NCBI GenBank assembly: GCA_965222075.1
Contig: OZ244937.1
Span: forward strand, 1,152,001-1,216,000
DNA from: Candidatus Latescibacterota bacterium
GTDB lineage: Bacteria; Latescibacterota; UBA2968; GCA-2709665
DNA length: 64,000 bases
Reading direction: 5' to 3'
Shown piece after piece: positions 18,607 through 29,328 of this stretch (its first letter is position 1; each line of letters starts with the position of its first letter). Both the position numbers and the translations under genes were made by a program. The notes under the pieces are model-generated. The model searched no databases. It was not told where the DNA came from and saw only the letters and a list, made by a program, of their open reading frames with translations.

Positions 18607-21600
18607 ATGCGACGGGGGCTCGGTCTGGTCGCGATGGGGTTGGTGTTGGGGACGGGTGAGATCCCTGCGCAGACCGATACCCTGCGGGTCCGGGGCGGCG
18701 TGGTGGGAGTGGGAGATACCCTGATGGCGGAGGTTGTGTTGAAGAATCTGACCCCGATTTCGGGGGCATCGTGGACCGTGGGCTTTGAGAAGGGGATGAT
18801 GACGCCTCTGGAGGTGGAACCAACGGAACGGACGGAGACGATGGAGGCGTATTCCCATACAGCGGGCGATTCTCTGCGCGTGTTGATGCTCGACCCTGTC
18901 CTGGGCAGCGCCGTGCCTCCAGGGGAGGGGGCCATCGCCCGGGTGCGTTTCCTGGTTGACGGTGCGGCGAGGATTGGGGTCTACCCCCTGCGCCTGATCC
19001 AGGCCGACCTGGGCGACGATGCCCATCCCCCCGGGAAGATCGAGCCGGTCCGGATCGACGGAGAGGTCACGGTGACCGGCTTTGTGGCGCGTATGGGGCA
19101 GGCCATGGGGTTGCCGGGAGATACGGTGGCTGTTGCGCTGATGCTGAAGAACCCCGAGCCGGCCGCCGGGCTTCAGGTGGAGCTGGCATGGGCCGGGGAG
19201 GTGCTTGCGTTCGTGGACGCCGCGTCCGAGGGTCGGGGAGGCGATTTCACCGCCTACGGGAGGTCCCGGCAGGCGGGGCAGGCTACGGTCTTGCTGACCG
19301 ACCTGTCGGGGACCTCCCTGTTGCCGGCCGGTGAGGGCGCTGTGCTCCACGTGCGGTTGCGGATTGTCGATGATGCAGCCGTTGGTGAGGTCCCGCTCCG
19401 GATCGCCCGTGCGCTGCTGCCGGATCCTGAAGGCAGGGCCCTGCCGGTCGTCGCCAGGGCAGGGAAAATTGAGGTTATGTTCCGTCCGAACCGATCTCCA
19501 AAACTCATTCTGCCAGAGACTGTTTTCGCTATTGAAGACTCTGGTTTCGTATGGCCGATTCCGGCTTCGGATTCCGATGGGGATGTATTGACCTTCACCC
19601 TCACATCGGCGCCCGGATGGGTGGGGTTGGATGCCGAAGCAGACCTCCTGATCGGCACGCCCGGGGATGCCGATGTGGGGGTACACGACGTGCGGATCCG
19701 TGTCTCAGACGGCGAAGCTGAAATAGAAGGCACCGTCCAAATCGAGGTCCTGAACAGGGCGCCTGAGATCGTGGGCACCCCACCCCTGCGGGCACGGGTG
19801 GGGACGACCTACCGCTACTCCCCGCAGATCCATAATCTGGACGGGGGACAGATCCGGATGGAGACTGAGACAGAGGGTGTTAGGCTGGATGCTTCGACCG
19901 GGGCACTCTTGTGGACGCCGACCCGGGCGGGAGATGCGATGTTCTCCCTCATCGCATCCGACCCCCACGGGGCAGAGGCCGTACAGACCTTCACCCTATC
20001 GGTAGAGGCCCGGCCTCAAGTCGTTATCGATGAGATCCTGGCAGATCCCCCCCCCGGGCTGGAAGGCGATGCCAACGGCGATGGCCTCGAGACAGCAAGG
20101 CAGACGAGTTCGTGGAGGTGCTCAACCTGGGGGCAGAAGCGGTAAATATCGGCGGGTGGACATTGAGCGACGACGATGTCTCGGAAGCCCGGCGGTTCCG
20201 TTTTCCAAAAGGTACGGTGCTGGGGTCTCTTGAGCGTGGGGTGTTGTTTGGGGGTGGGGAGCCGTTGGGGGTTCCCTTGTATTTGTTGACGATGGGAGCA
20301 TCGGCAATGGGGAATTCGGGGGATGTGGTGCTGCTGATCGATCCGGCCTTTGACGATACGGTGGCCTATGTCGCGGGTGGAAGGGAACCTGAATACGTCC
20401 CTTGCCCGGCAGGCAACCGGAGCCTACGCGCCGGATACCTTTCCCGGAAACGGGCGCTTTTCTCCAGGGCTTCCCCGTCCGATGCTGGAGTGGCTGGAGT
20501 TGACGGATTCCCTGCAGATAGGCGCAAGGGGCGTTGTGAAGGCAATTGCGCACTACAGCGAGACCCACCGAGAAGTGACGGGAGAGGTGAGCTGGCGTGT
20601 GGATTCGGACCTGAAGGTGGAAGGGAATGGAGAGCATCGGGGTATCTGTCGGTCGTGCAGAGATTTCCGGGACGTGGTATACGGCTGTGGCAAAACAGGA
20701 GAGATCGAGACCAAACCAGGCGCCTGTGTTGCCCCCGCAGACGGCCCTGGAGGATCAGGCTGGCCGCCTCGACCCGGACGGGGCACTGGTATCCGGCCCG
20801 GCCTGGCTTCGGTGGACGTGAGCGGGAGACCGGCAGACGCGGGAGGGGCCGGGGTGGTGGTGGCGGTAACCGACCGTGCCTGGAGACGCCCTTTGAAATC
20901 AAGGTGGAGATGGGCACCCCACCCCTGCGGGCACGGGTGGGGACGACCTACCGCTACTCCCCGATCCATCAGATCCGGATGGAGACTGAGACAGAGGGTG
21001 TTAGGCTGGATGCTTCGACCGGGGCACTCTTGTGGACGCCGACCCGGGCGGGAGATCGCATCCGACCCCCACGGGGCAGAGGCCGTACAGACCTTCACCC
21101 TATCGGTAGAGGCCCGGCCTCAAGTCGTTATCGATGAGATCCTGGCAGATCCCCCCCCCGGGCTGGAAGGCGATGCCAACGGCGATGGCCTGCGAGACAG
21201 CAAGGCAGACGAGTTCGTGGAGGTGCTCAACCTGGGGGCAGAAGCGGTAAATATCGGCGGGTGGACATTGAGCGACGACGATGTCTCGGAAGCCCGGCGG
21301 TTCCGTTTTCCAAAAGGTACGGTGCTGGGGTCTCTTGAGCGTGGGGTGTTGTTTGGGGGTGGGGAGCCGTTGGGGGTTCCGGGGCTTGTATTTGTTGACG
21401 ATGGGAGCATCGGCAATGGGCTGACGAATTCGGGGGATGTGGTGCTGCTGATCGATCCGGCCTTTGACGATACGGTGGCCTATGTCGACTACCGGGTGGA
21501 AGGGAACCTGAATACGTCCCTTGCCCGGCAGGCAACCGGAGCCTACGCGCCGCACGATACCTTTCCCGGAAACGGGCGCTTTTCTCCAGGGCTTCCCCGT

Positions 21601-24600
21601 CCGATGCTGGAGTGGCTGGAGTTGAACGCGCCGGATTCCCTGCAGATAGGCGCAAGGGGCGTTGTGAAGGCAATTGCGCACTACAGCGACGAGACCCACC
21701 GAGAAGTGACGGGAGAGGTGAGCTGGCGTGTGGATTCGGCCCACCTGAAGGTGGAAGGGAATGGAGAGCTGATCGGGGTATCTGTCGGTCGTGCAGAGAT
21801 TTCCGGGACGTGGTATACGGCTGTGGCAAAACAGGAGATCGCGGTGATCGATCGACCAAACCAGGCGCCTGTCGTAGCGCCGGTGCCCCCGCAGACGGCC
21901 CTGGAGGATTCGGTGTTTCAGGTTCATCTGGCCGCCTCAGACCCGGACGGGGACGCGCTGAGCTTCCGTCTGGTATCCGGCCCGGCCTGGCTGTCGGTGG
22001 ACGATACCGGGAGGGTGAGCGGGAGACCGGCAGACGCGGACGTGGGAGGGGCCGGGGTGGTGGTGGCGGTAACCGACGGACGGGTGCGGCTGGAGACGCC
22101 CTTTGAAATCAAGGTGCTCAACCGTCCACCCAGGATCGTGGGCACCCCACCCCTGCGGGCACGGGTGGGGACGACCTACCGCTACTCCCCGCAGATCCAT
22201 AATCTGGACGGGGGACAGATCCGGATGGAGACTGAGACAGAGGGTGTTAGGCTGGATGCTTCGACCGGGGCACTCTTGTGGACGCCGACCCGGGCGGGAG
22301 ATGCGATGTTCTCCCTCATCGCATCCGACCCCCACGGGGCAGAGGCCGTGCAGACCTTCACCCTATCGGTAGAGGCCCGGCCTCAAGTCGTTATCGATGA
22401 GATCCTGGCAGATCCCCCCCCCGGGCTGGAAGGCGATGCCAACGGCGATGGCCTGCGAGACAGCAAGGCAGACGAGTTCGTGGAGGTGCTCAACCTGGGG
22501 GCAGAAGCGGTAAATATCGGCGGGTGGACATTGAGCGACGACGATGTCTCGGAAGCCCGGCGGTTCCGTTTTCCAAAAGGTACGGTGCTGGGGTCTCTTG
22601 AGCGTGGGGTGTTGTTTGGGGGTGGGGAGCCGTTGGGGGTTCCGGGGCTTGTATTTGTTGACGATGGGAGCATCGGCAATGGGCTGACGAATTCGGGGGA
22701 TGTGGTGCTGCTGATCGATCCGGCCTTTGACGATACGGTGGCGAAGGCCGTGTACAGGGTTGATAAGAATCTGGACCAGTCTCTGGTGCGAGACAGCACG
22801 CGCTGGGTCGGACACGCGGAGCCTCCCGGGGTGGGCCTTTTTTCGCCGGGCCGCCCCCGCGAAACGGCCGCGAGCCGGACAAAACGCCCGCCCGGGCGCC
22901 GGCCGGAAGGGGTGGTGATCAATGAAATCCTGGCCGATCCGCCTTCCGGTGCGGCAGGAGACGCCAATGGGGACGGGGTGCGCCACGGGTTTGAGGATGA
23001 GTTCGTCGAACTCTGGAATTCCGGGACGGAGCCGGCCGATTTGAGCGGGTGGCGGCTGGGAGATGACGATGTGGGACCGGATCGGCTCTTCCAGTTTCCG
23101 GAAGACAGCCTCCTGCCGGTGGGAGGGTATTTGACCCTCTTCGGCGGTGGAAGTCCACAGGGGGTTCCGGGAGGCGTGGTTGTGGACGATGGGCGGATCG
23201 GGGACGGGCTTTCCAACGCCGGAGACCGGGTGGTGCTGGTCTCTGCAGATGGCGTTGATACGCTGCATGGGGTGAGCTTTGGGAAGGGCCGGCCGGGGAT
23301 CTCATGGGTTCGGGGGGAAGATGGGACGCTGGTGGAACACGATCGGCTGCCCGGAAAGGGGGCGTTCTCTCCGGGATATTCCCGGCCGGAGCTTACAGGC
23401 CTCCGGTTGCTGCCGGATAGCCTGCGCCTGACGCCCGGCACAGAGGGGACCTTCCGAGCTTTCGGCGGATTCGGCGACTCGACCGAAGTCGACCTGACAG
23501 CGTGGGTGCGGTGGACCGTGGAGGATTCCACGGTGGCGGAGGTGGATTCGATGGGCACTGTAGAGGGGTTGGCCGAGGGGGGTACGGGTCTGACAGCGTA
23601 CTGGGGAGAGCGCATGGAGGCCCTCGCCTGGGTGGAAGTCGGCCCGGCCCTGATCCGGGAGGGGGCCGATTCGCTTGGGGTCGCAGATTCCACAGGCGTC
23701 TCAACTCGGGATTCTACCGGGCACGGACCGACTGCCGACGGTGGGCCTGGGCTGAACCGGCCGCCGGAGATCCTCTCTTTACCCGATACGGTCGCTGTAG
23801 TCGGCCTGAGGTACCGGTATCGACCAAGGGCCGAAGATCCCGACGGCGATCCGGTCTCCCTGCATGCGCCGGTGCGGCCCGATTGGCTGGCGCTGGACGG
23901 GGAGATCCTGGAGGGGGTGCCGCTGCCGGGAGATGTCGGAAACCCGGAGGTTGTTGTGGAGGCCAGCGACGGACAAGATCGGTCGGAGCAGCGCTTTCGC
24001 ATCCGGGTACTGGAGCCGGAGGGTCTGCTGGGGGGGATGCCGGACAGTCTGGCCTTTGTGGGACTGACCTGGCGCTGGCCGCTCGTTTTGAAGGGGGATT
24101 TCGAAGTCCAGGTGGAAGGGGGACCTGTGCTGGCGCGCTCGGGCAGGGTATTGATCTGGCGGCCACGCCCGGAAGATGAAGGGGAACGGATTGTGGCGGT
24201 GTCGGTTAGCGGAAACAGTTTTGAGGAACAGGTGATGGTCTATCGGGTATTTGTGCTGCCCCGTCCACACTTACAGGTGACGGAGATCCTGGTCGATCCA
24301 CCCCAGGATATGGATGGGGACGGGGTGGTGGACGCGTTGAAGGATCAGTTTGTTGAACTGTTCAATGCCGGGGGGCATCCAGTGGATCTGTCGGGCTGGT
24401 CGCTTGGCGACGACGACGGCGCTCCGTTCCGATTTCCGGTGGGGTCGGTGATCCCGCCTCAAGGCCTGTTCACGCTGTTCGGCGGAGGCACCACGGACAT
24501 CGATGCGGGGCGGTTTTCGGCCGGGGGCCGGATTGGGAACGGGCTGGCGGGGTCGGACCGCATCCTCCTGATCGCCCCTTCGGGGCCCGATACCCTGATC

Positions 24601-25074
24601 GATACCGGGTACAGCGGGGGGAAGGTGGGGGCGTCGCTGGTGCCGGACCCGCGCCAGCAGGGACAGTGGGTCGCCCATACGGCCGTGTCGAACCGCCGCT
24701 TTTCCCCAGGAACGGTGGAGACGGTCGTCCCGACGGAGGCGGATACATCGGAAGCACACCCGGCCGGGGCCGACGCCCTCACATCCGCAGATGCGGATAC
24801 ATCCTCAAGATTCGAGCCTCCAACCCCAAATCCCTTCAACCAGAGCACGAGGGTCGGGTTCCGGACGGACGGCGGGGAAGTCCGGCTGACGGTTTTCAGC
24901 ATCCTGGGCCAGCCTGTGCGCCGACTCGTCCGGGAAGACTTCCCGCCCGGGCGCCACCGGGTGGTCTGGGATGGAAGGGACGATACGGGCCGGCCGGCCG
25001 GCTCGGGGGTCTACCTGATCTGTATTGAGACAGGTAAAACCACCCATACGATGCGTGTGCTGCTTCTTCAGTAG
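18607..25074 (+). CDS. Large secreted protein: 2x cohesin-like, cadherin/Ig-like repeats, 5x lamin-tail domain, C-terminal FlgD-Ig; frame disrupted at 20087-21058
   Basis: ORFs 18607-20145 and 20350-25074 share a frame; the intervening DNA is a deletion-riddled copy of the intact repeat that follows; cohesin-like GDTV.V...LKN....AG.Q....W and PAGEG.VL..RL.I patterns. Confidence 0.8.
19765..22742 (+). repeat. Intragenic tandem repeat, 1263-bp (421-aa) unit, about 2.5 copies
   Basis: Marker TCCGACCCCCACGGGGCAGAGG at 19957, 21061 and 22324; spacings 1104 and 1263 bp. Confidence 0.93.
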
Positions 25075-25110
25075 CAGCAGAAATTTCACCAGTGAAAGGA
25101 GGTGAGAGAA

Positions 25111-25371
25111 ATGGCACAGCCTGAAATCACGTTCCGGCACGGTGCGTGCAGCGCCTCGATTTTCCAGAAGGACTATCAGCGGGGCGAGGAGTCGTTTTCG
25201 GTACGAAATGTCTCGTTCCAGCGGCGTTATCGGGATAAGAACGGAGACTGGCAGACAACCAACTCTCTGAATGTCAACGATATCCCGAAGGCCGTCGTAG
25301 TGCTGAACAAGGCGTATGAGTACCTGACGTCCAACGGACACGCTGAGGCCGAGGTCGAGGCCAAGGCATAG
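25111..25371 (+). CDS. Small hypothetical protein, possible PC4-like nucleic-acid-binding fold
   Basis: RBS AAGGAGG; pattern FRHG.CSASIF...VSFQRRYRDKNGDWQTTNSL..NDIPK...AYEYL. Confidence 0.75.
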   Translation: MAQPEITFRHGACSASIFQKDYQRGEESFSVRNVSFQRRYRDKNGDWQTTNSLNVNDIPKAVVVLNKAYEYLTSNGHAEAEVEAKA

Positions 25372-25376
25372 CGTGG

Positions 25377-25411
25377 ACCTGCCTGCGCAGCGCACCGCGC
25401 TGCAGGCAGGT
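25377..25411. repeat. 35-bp palindromic element type A variant (intergenic)
   Basis: ACCTGCCTGCGCAGCGCACCGCGCTGCAGGCAGGT; terminal G-C pair replaced by A-T plus one internal change. Confidence 0.93.
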
Positions 25412-25672
25412 AAACAGGGGCCGATTGCACAGGAGGGGAGGTCGTCGGAACGGCGGCGTCTCCTCCTGTTTTTGGGCGCAGAAGCAGGAGAAGGCCTTAT
25501 ATCCCTCCCTCCGTGCATTTCCGTTGCATTTCCTTCCCAAGCACATTATCTTCCCGTCGTAACAGCTTCACGATTGTGCTTCGAACGATTTATCCCTATC
25601 TTAAATCTTAAGGCAAAGGTGTTGTTACAGGGCCGATTGAGGCTGTTTCACGAAAAGATTCGGGGCATTCGT

Positions 25673-26593
25673 ATGGAGGATATGATTCAGGAAATCAGGA
25701 CATCTGTGCTCAAGTTGACGCGTGAGCTGGATAATTTTCAGGATATTGCGTGGTACATTAAACCGCCTCCGGGAGAGATTCCGGAGTTGAACGGCATTGA
25801 CGTGTACGGGGAGTCTCTGCCACTGAACGGGATTATCGGTGGGGATCATATCATTTATGTGGATTTTAAAAAGCGCTACGATTTAGAGGCCCGGATCCGG
25901 CAAGCGCAGGAAGAAGGCCGCCGGGAGGTGGTGGAGAGTCTGATGCGCTGCCAGGGGAAGGCCGGGATTGCGGTGGTGGACGTTTCGGGACATCAGATTA
26001 CGGATGCGCTGCTGGCCGCCATGTTGCACCAGGCGTTCTTGCTGGGGGCGATTTACGAATTGGACCACAATGGCCAGATTACAGAACGGCTGTTTGAGAA
26101 CCTGAACACCCGGTTTTACAACTCGTCCAGCGTAAGCAAGTTTTTGACGATGATTTACGGTGAGATTTCGGAAGATGATACCTTCAGATTTGTCTCTGCG
26201 GCCCACCCGTCACCGATTGTGTTTTCCAACGAATACGACCGGATTGTGGACGTCAGCAGGGATCTGTGTACGGTCTTTCCCCCCATCGGCACGCTGCCTT
26301 CTCAGGAGGATATCGACCGCAGGGCCGTACAGAGTGTGCTTGGTTATAAGGAGAGGTATGAGGTCAATGAGTGGAGGTTGATGGGATCGGGAGACATTCT
26401 GCTGCTGTATACGGACGGTCTTTCCGAACACACCAGAGGGGATGAGTATTATTTCCCCACCCATCTGGAAACAAAGTTTCGGGAGGTGAAGAGCCGGTCT
26501 GCTAAAGAGATCTTTGAGGCGATCAAGGTGGACCTGATGGCGTTCAATAAGCCCTCGGACGATATCAGCTATGTGGTGATTAAGAGAAAGTGA
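25673..26593 (+). CDS. PP2C/SpoIIE-family serine phosphatase (RsbU-like)
   Basis: IGGDH, VVDVSGH, LLYTDGL, SDDIS; probable start ATG 25673. Confidence 0.88.
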   Translation: MEDMIQEIRTSVLKLTRELDNFQDIAWYIKPPPGEIPELNGIDVYGESLPLNGIIGGDHIIYVDFKKRYDLEARIRQAQEEGRREVVESLMRCQGKAGIAVVDVSGHQITDALLAAMLHQAFLLGAIYELDHNGQITERLFENLNTRFYNSSSVSKFLTMIYGEISEDDTFRFVSAAHPSPIVFSNEYDRIVDVSRDLCTVFPPIGTLPSQEDIDRRAVQSVLGYKERYEVNEWRLMGSGDILLLYTDGLSEHTRGDEYYFPTHLETKFREVKSRSAKEIFEAIKVDLMAFNKPSDDISYVVIKRK

Positions 26594-26612
26594 AGCGAGG
26601 TAGAGCCGGGTT

Positions 26613-26915
26613 ATGGATATGGGATTGCAGGATAAGGTGGCGATTGTGGGGGGTGCGAGCCGGGGGCTGGGGAAGGGGTGTGCGATGGGGCTGGCCTTAG
26701 AGGGCGCGCGTGTAGCGATATGTGCCAGGCATGCGGGGCGGCTGGAAGCGACAGCACAGGAGATCAGGGAGGCCTCCGGTTCGCCCGTTCTTACGGTTGT
26801 AGGGGATCTTGCCAGGATCGCGGATTATGTGGTCTTTCTGGCGTCTGAAAGGTCGGGGTATATCACGGGTACCTCGCTGGCGGTGGACGGGGGGTTTGTG
26901 AAGGCGCTGCTTTGA
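26613..26915 (+). pseudogene. SDR oxidoreductase with large in-frame internal deletion
   Basis: GGASRGLG N-terminus joined directly to the VVFLASERSGYITGTSLAVDGG C-terminus; only 100 aa, catalytic core absent. Confidence 0.8.
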
Positions 26916-26966
26916 GCGTGAAGCGTGAGAGCGTAGAGTGGGACGTATTTGTCAAGGGGGAACGCT

Positions 26967-28376
26967 ATGAAGATGCATGTTGATGGAGAGTGGGTGGACA
27001 GGTCGGAGAAGATTGAGGTCCGGAATCCGTTTGACGGCACGGTTGTGGATACCGTGCCCAGATCCGAGGAAAGAGACGTTCAGGCGGCTCTGGCAGCTGC
27101 GGCTCGAGGCGCCGAGATTATGGCTGCAATGCCGGGGTACGAGCGGTACATCATCCTCCACAAAGCGGCTGAGCTGATGGAAGAGCGGGTGGAGGAGTTC
27201 GGGCGTACGATTACTTTGGAAGAGGGGAAGGCAATCGCCGAAGGCAGGGGGGAGGCGGCCCGGGCGGCTGAGACGATCACGCTGTCGGCAGAGGAGGCCA
27301 AGCGGCTTTGCGGGGAGACCCTGCCGCTGGACGGGTCGTCGGCAGGGGAGGGGAAGTTCGGATTTACCCTCCGGGTGCCCTGCGGGGTGGTGGTGGCCAT
27401 TACGCCGTTCAATTTTCCGCTCAACTTAGTCTGTCACAAGGTAGGACCGGCGCTGGCGGCCGGGAATGCTGTGATCATCAAACCGGCGACGGACACGCCG
27501 CTGTCGGCCCTTAAGTTGACCGAGGTCCTTTTAGAAGCGGGGACACCGCCGGAGGCGATTCAGTGCATCACGGGGTCTGGAGCGATGATTGGAGACTCCC
27601 TGTGCAGCGATGGGCGGGTGCGGAAGATCTCCTTTACGGGCAGCCGGGATGTGGGGGAGCATATCTGCCGTGTGGCCGGCCTGAAGAAGGTGACGATGGA
27701 ACTGGGATCCAATTCGCCTTTGATTGTGATGCCGGATGCCGATCTGGAGAAGGTGGCTGCGGCGACGGCGGCGACGGGGTTTTCCAATGCCGGTCAGGTC
27801 TGTATTTCCGCCCAGCGGGTGCTGGTCAATCAGGCGGTGTACGGAGATTTCATCGGCGCCCTCAAGGAGAAGGTAGAGGCCATCCAGCCGGGCAACCCGC
27901 TGGATGAATCGGTGGGCATGGGGCCCATGATTCGAGAGGGGGACGCGGTGCGTGTGAACGAGTGGATCCGGGAGGCCCAGGACGGGGGCGCCCGGATTGT
28001 GACCGGGGGCGCGCGTGAGGGCACCATGCACGCGCCCACAATCGTTGCCGATGTGGATCCCAAGATGCGGATCTCCTGCGATGAGCTGTTTGGCCCGGCA
28101 GTGGCGCTTACCCGGTTTGAGGCGATCGATGAGGCCATTGCGATGGCCAACAACACGAACTACGGGCTGAGCGCAGCGCTTTTTACAGAGAAACTGGACT
28201 GGGCGATGCAATTTGTGCGGAAGGTCCACTCGGGCAATCTGATGATCAACTGGGGGCCCCAGTGGCGGGCAGATCTGATGCCCTATGGGGGGTTGAAGGA
28301 GAGCGGGATGGGGAAGGAAGGACCCAAGTATGCGGTAGAGGAGATGACGGAGTTGAAGCTGGTGGTGTTTCACTAA
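26967..28376 (+). CDS. NAD(P)-dependent aldehyde dehydrogenase
   Basis: ITPFNFP, FTGS, MELGSN, GQVCIS, ELFGP, PYGGLKESG. Confidence 0.95.
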   Translation: MKMHVDGEWVDRSEKIEVRNPFDGTVVDTVPRSEERDVQAALAAAARGAEIMAAMPGYERYIILHKAAELMEERVEEFGRTITLEEGKAIAEGRGEAARAAETITLSAEEAKRLCGETLPLDGSSAGEGKFGFTLRVPCGVVVAITPFNFPLNLVCHKVGPALAAGNAVIIKPATDTPLSALKLTEVLLEAGTPPEAIQCITGSGAMIGDSLCSDGRVRKISFTGSRDVGEHICRVAGLKKVTMELGSNSPLIVMPDADLEKVAAATAATGFSNAGQVCISAQRVLVNQAVYGDFIGALKEKVEAIQPGNPLDESVGMGPMIREGDAVRVNEWIREAQDGGARIVTGGAREGTMHAPTIVADVDPKMRISCDELFGPAVALTRFEAIDEAIAMANNTNYGLSAALFTEKLDWAMQFVRKVHSGNLMINWGPQWRADLMPYGGLKESGMGKEGPKYAVEEMTELKLVVFH

Positions 28377-28440
28377 AGGCAGTCAGGAGTTGTGAGTGGC
28401 GAGGAGGCGGGACACTTGTGCCTCGCTACCTGGAACTGGA

Positions 28441-28484
28441 AAAAATCGGGGCACGGCCTTCAAGCCGTGCCCGGTCTTTTTCTT
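28441..28484. terminator. Bidirectional terminator
   Basis: A run, GGGCACGGC-CTTCAA-GCCGTGCCC, T run, between convergent genes. Confidence 0.75.
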
Positions 28485-28572
28485 TGCAGGTCGTCCTATG
28501 CGTTTAGAGGACCGCCCGGCTGTTGCGGGTGCTGTGCGTCCGGCTCCGCTGCCTGGGGGCCGCTTCTTGTGT

Positions 28573-28863
28573 TTACAGCGGTTCGTGCAGGGCCTTTTTG
28601 ATCAGTACGCCAGCCTTGAAATAGCTCTTTTTGCGGGCGGGGACATAGACGATCTCTCCTGTTCTGGGGTTGCGGGCAGCGGGTTTGGGTTTTGTGTCTT
28701 TGACCCCCAGCACGCCAAATCCCCGGATCTCGATCCGATCCCCTGCGATGAGACTTTCGCGCATCGCCTTAAACAGGGTGTCTACAACCTCATAGGCCAG
28801 TTGTTTTTTGACGCCGAGTTTCTCGGAGATCTCGATCGCGAGATCTTTTTTTGTTGTGGTCAT
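28573..28863 (-). CDS. HU/IHF family DNA-binding protein
   Basis: TKKDL, RIEIRGFG, ARNPRTGE, FKAG. Confidence 0.95.
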   Translation of the reverse strand: MTTTKKDLAIEISEKLGVKKQLAYEVVDTLFKAMRESLIAGDRIEIRGFGVLGVKDTKPKPAARNPRTGEIVYVPARKKSYFKAGVLIKKALHEPL

Positions 28864-29084
28864 TGTACCCTCCCTTAATTTGAAACAAGCCGAAGTATAA
28901 TATAGAATTAAAACACGGGGTGACGCAAGATAAAAATTTACCAGGGTCTACGCCTGTTTGAAGGGTGGGGAAAAATGTACTGTTGAACCCTTTTTTTGGG
29001 CTTAACCTGTTGATTCTATTTTTTTTATGTAATATTACGCGATGGTGTCGGTTCTGATGACGTTCGCCGATCTTCCCAATTGCC

Positions 29085-29113
29085 TTGACATTTTTTTGCA
29101 CCAGAATTAGTTT
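29085..29113 (+). promoter_or_regulatory. sigma70-like promoter
   Basis: TTGACA-N17-TAGTTT in an AT-rich divergent intergenic region. Confidence 0.5.
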
Positions 29114-29328
29114 ACTGCCGAATTCCGTATACAGGAGCCAGTAGAAAATTTGCCCTTTATTCTGCGTTCGGTTCGAAGCGGTTGTAGATGTGGGGCGTAG
29201 AGGTTCAGGTCCGCAAAGCCGGAGACTTGATTTAACTGGCTGAAATGTAATATATTATACGATGTCGATACCGGTTGATGACAATCTTGTTCCGTCATTT
29301 CCAGCTTTCCAGATAAAGGTACCGCCTC

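Noticed and set aside
20112-21137. Independent 341-aa CDS
   Set aside because: A mosaic of frames from the degraded repeat copy.
19765-22742. Diversity-generating retroelement TR/VR pair
   Set aside because: Differences are deletions, not adenine-specific substitutions, and no reverse transcriptase is present.
16401-25074. Classical cellulosome
   Set aside because: No glycoside hydrolase or recognisable cellulose-binding module.
25373-25672. N-terminal extension of the PP2C phosphatase
   Set aside because: Begins in a palindromic repeat and reads as non-coding; ATG 25673 is more plausible.
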